Origin: Malacoraja senta
Lineage: Eukaryota
DNA length: 64,000 bases
Direction of reading: 5' to 3'
Assembly: GCA_038087875.1 (NCBI GenBank)
Contig: CM075992.1
Span: forward strand, 3,722,001 to 3,786,000
Shown here: positions 60,701-64,000 of the stretch, in pieces
How the letters are laid out: each line of letters begins with the position of its first letter
How positions within the stretch are numbered: the stretch's first letter is position 1
Position numbers and translations under genes: made by a program
Notes under the pieces: generated by a model
Seen by the model: the letters and a program-made list of their open reading frames with translations, nothing else
Told to the model about the DNA's origin: nothing
The model's database searches: none

Positions 60701-61123
60701 CAGGGGTCGGCAACTTGTTCTGCATAGGGGGCGGACGCACGTCTGTGAGCGGATGGCGGGCCACATCAATCACGTGTACACATGGATCCCCGCCCCGGAT
60801 GGCAGGCATCAAATCACGTGTTCACATCGATCCCTCCACGTCGAGGATGCCCCCGCAGCACTGGCCCCCAGTTACGGGTGCTCACCAACATGGCGTACCC
60901 AGGGACCATTGCCTTGGCTCTGTCCTGAAGGCAGGTGGCTCAAATACTCACACTCACCCGTCCCCGGCCTATTGACCAACCCGATCCCGACCGCCAGCGC
61001 AGGCCTCCTTGCGTCGTTGAGGCCACGGGCCCGGGCGATACCGGAGATGACGGAAATCTGCCGGCCGGATGATTCGGGTTCGGGGCTGCATTCGGCCCGG
61101 GGGCCGTAGGTTGCCGGCCCCTG
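60701..61123. mobile_element. hAT-like non-autonomous transposon inserted in a SINE tail
   Basis: caggggtcggcaac ... gttgccggcccctg; imperfect 8-bp flanks ctctaagc/ctctaaaa. Confidence 0.8.
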
Positions 61124-61159
61124 CTCTAAAACTAAACTGAACTTCGATAGTGTCCTTAC

Positions 61160-62015
61160 CGAGATAATTCTGGTGAAAGAGTTTGACTCCTTGTTCACAC
61201 ATCTTCCTGAAGGTGTTGTGTTCGAGGTCCCCGAGGACCGATTTGTTCCGTAACTGGTCGTAGAGGGAAACGGCGCCCAGGACTTGACCGGTGAAGTTGC
61301 CCAGGTCAAAGGTGGCCTGAAAGTTCGTTCTCCGTGACCTGGCCTTGAGTGGCGGCAGGCCGGGAGCCTGGCTGTAGTAGTCCCTCAGCAGGGCGCTGAG
61401 GCTGGGCAGTGGGGGAGGGTGTTGGGCAAGGTGGTCTCCCAGGATGAAGCCATCCATGCCGCCGTTGATCAAAGCGCTGGTGGCCACGGTCCAGGGGCCA
61501 GACCTGGTGAAAACCCGCGGCAGGTCCACGTTGTCCCAGCAGCCGTCAGATGCCAGCATCTCCTGGCTCTTCTTGGCGCGGTGGGCCAGGAATGCCAGAC
61601 CCAGATCCTTGGCCAACGTCAGGGCACACAGGCTGTCCACCGGAGCCCAGAGGTCTGCATCTGCACCAGACCGAGGCGACCTCACCTCCCTCTTCAGCCC
61701 GGCTTCCATGCCTGCCACCAGGTTCCCCATGGCCACCGTGGTCCCATCCGGGGTGAGGACCACCCCCTCTCTCGACCAGGCGGCCCACCTCGTGGTTCAT
61801 CACCTCCCGGAGGAAGGTCTCCTTGGCGTGAGACAGGAGCCCCGACAGGTCCACGGGCGCCGGGACCTCCCCCAGCAGAAGGCGACGGAAATCCTGGTCA
61901 GAGGTTTGCAGGTTGCGCAGAATGGCTGTAACGTTGAGAATTGTCATCCCGGTATCCTGGCCTTCCAGCTCCTCGATGATGCCGAGAACATTACTCAGGT
62001 GGTAGGTCGGCGTGG
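61160..62015 (-). CDS. PGLYRP2: PGLYRP2 large N-terminal exon (one +1 frameshift near 61763-61772); may extend to the in-frame ATG at 62070
   Basis: HLSNVLGIIEELE...GVVLTPDGTTVAMGNLVAGMEAGLK...DGCWDNVDLPRVFT...ALINGGMDGFILG...LLRDYY...RRTNF typical of PGLYRP2; donor CTCG|GTAAGG. Confidence 0.88.
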
Positions 62016-62084
62016 CTAAGAAGAGAACAGAGATAGTCAGCAGGGGAGGAAATAGCCAGCGCCCAGTCATGTTGCCGTACAGAG

Positions 62085-62693
62085 CAGGCACGGAAATCGC
62101 TTTCAAAATATGGCGGGGACAGGGGGGACAGAATTTCTTGGCGGCCGCGCGCGCATGCGCACACACACACACACACACATGCGAGGCTTCGGAGGCTCAA
62201 TCCAGCGCTAAATGCAGCTCAACTCTGCCTGTCTCACCGGGTTAACTACAGCCCTGCCTGGACTGACGGGACACCAGCGCTGCTTCTCCGCGCTGGCCAT
62301 ATTTCCCGCAAGCCCAGGCAGGTTAACCTGGCGGGACAGGCAGAGTTGAGCTGGGTTTAGTGTTGTTTCTCTGCGCTGGCTGTGGGCCTGGGGGCACAGC
62401 TCCCGTCTGAATCCCGACCTCTCTGGGGGGGGGGGGGGGGAACTCTGGACAGCGCTGGAGACCCATCCCGGGATCGATCCTGCCTGCGGATGAGGCGCAG
62501 GTCTGTGTCACGTCTCCCTCCTCCAATCGCCGCCCTCTATCCTCAGTCCCACCCCCACTGTCTCGCGGCAAGCGGAGATTTCACTGGGTTTTAAATTCCG
62601 GATTACAAAAACTGGGGGGGGGGGGGATCGTCCCCCACCTCTCAAAACAGAGGGGGGCGTGTCCCCCCACCCCCCCTGGATTTCCGCCCCCTG
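62085..62693. mobile_element. hAT-like non-autonomous transposon
   Basis: caggcacggaaatc ... gatttccgccccctg imperfect TIRs; 8-bp flanks gtacagag/gtgcagag. Confidence 0.7.
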
Positions 62694-63362
62694 GTGCAGA
62701 GTAATCAGAGTTAGACACAGAATGCTGGAGCAACTCAGCGGGACAGACAGCATCTCTGGAGAGAAGGCCCGTTGTGTACTATGTTTACATATTCAGTTGT
62801 GCTGCAGCAAGTAAGAATGTCATTGTCCTATCTGGGACACATGACAATAAAACTCTCTTGACTCTTGGGTGACGTTTCTGGTCGAGACCCTTCTTCAGAA
62901 CTCTTTCTCTGCAACATTAAACCTCCTTTCATTTTTCACCCGAACAGAGAAGGGGACAGGACTGGAACAGGCTGTGCTGAACGTTATGCCAAGATAATCT
63001 AATCTCCTCTGCTTGGACATGATACATATCCCTCCCCTCCCTGCATATCCATGCACCTATCCAATAGCCTGTAAAACACCACTGTCGCTTCTGCCTTTAC
63101 TACCACTCCTGGCTTAGTGCAGTTTAGTGTAGTTTAGTTTGGAGATGCAGCATGGAAAGAGGTCCTTCGGCCCATCGAGTCTACTAGTTCTATCTTATCC
63201 CACTTTTGCAACCCACGCACCAGGGGCAATCTACAGAGGCCAATCAACCGACAAACCCGCTGGTCTTTGAGATGCGGGGCGGAACTGCAGCACCCGGGGA
63301 AAGCCCACGCGGTCACAGGGAGAACGTGCAAACTCCGTACAGGCAGCACCCGAGGTCAGATG

Positions 63363-63959
63363 CAACACTTGTCCCTTCACCTCCCCCCTCGACTCCATTC
63401 AGGGACCCAAGCAGTCGTTCCAGGTGCGACAGAGGTTCACCTGCATCTCCTCCAACCTCATCTATTGCATCCGCTGCTCTAGATGCCAGCTGATCTACAT
63501 CGGTGAGACCAAGCGGAGGCTTGGCGATCGTTTCGCCGAACACCTCCGGTCGGTCCGCAATAACCAACCTGACCTCCCGGTGGCTCAGCACTTCAACTCC
63601 CCCTCCCATTCCGTATCTGACCTCTCTGTCCTGGGTCTCCTCCATGGCCACAGCGAGCAACACCGTAAATTGGAGGAAATGCACCTCATATTCCGCTTGG
63701 GCAGTCTACATCCTGGGGGCTTGAACATTGAATTCTCCCAATTCTGCTAGCCCTTGCTGTCCCCTCCCCTTCATCAGCCATCTGGTTGTCTCCTCCCCTC
63801 CCCCAGCCCTCGGGCTCCTCCTCCGCCTTTTTCCTTTTTTCCTTTCTTCTCCCCACCCCCTATCAGTCTGAAGAAGGGTTTCGGCCCGAAACGTTGCCTA
63901 TTTCCTTCGCTCCATAGATGCTGCTGCACCCGCTGAGTTTCTCCAGCATTTTTGTGTAC
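63363..63959 (+). mobile_element. Penelope-like element 3' fragment (GIY-YIG endonuclease plus terminal repeat) nested in a SINE
   Basis: FTCISSNLIYCIRCSRCQLIYIGETKRRLGDRFAEHLRSVR...PVAQHFN; cacccgaggtcag duplicated on both sides. Confidence 0.9.
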
Positions 63960-64000
63960 CACCCGAGGTCAGGATGGAACCCGGGTCTCTGCCGCTGTAA

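Overview
Repeat-rich vertebrate genomic DNA, most likely from a cartilaginous fish (inferred from HE1-like V-SINEs and CR1/HER1-like LINEs), with two 200-N gaps. Minus strand: the first coding exon of a GIPC1-like gene (5837-6121); a VCP/p97-like AAA+ ATPase gene with 17 locatable coding exons (9737-49290) whose terminal exon is not visible and whose exon 3 appears twice across a gap; and a PGLYRP2-type amidase gene (56572-62070) with three single-base homopolymer frameshifts. Plus strand, between VCP-like and PGLYRP2: a small two-exon gene that the ORF track does not assemble, with TATA box, signal peptide, six-cysteine cationic peptide and AATAAA, which reads as a beta-defensin lying tail-to-tail with PGLYRP2. 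The remainder is CR1, L1/Tx1, Rex1-like and Penelope retroelements (the last carrying hammerhead-like cores), SINEs, hAT/Harbinger-like MITEs and long simple repeats. One CR1 insertion sits exactly at a VCP-like splice acceptor. All homology calls are from recalled sequence, not database searches.
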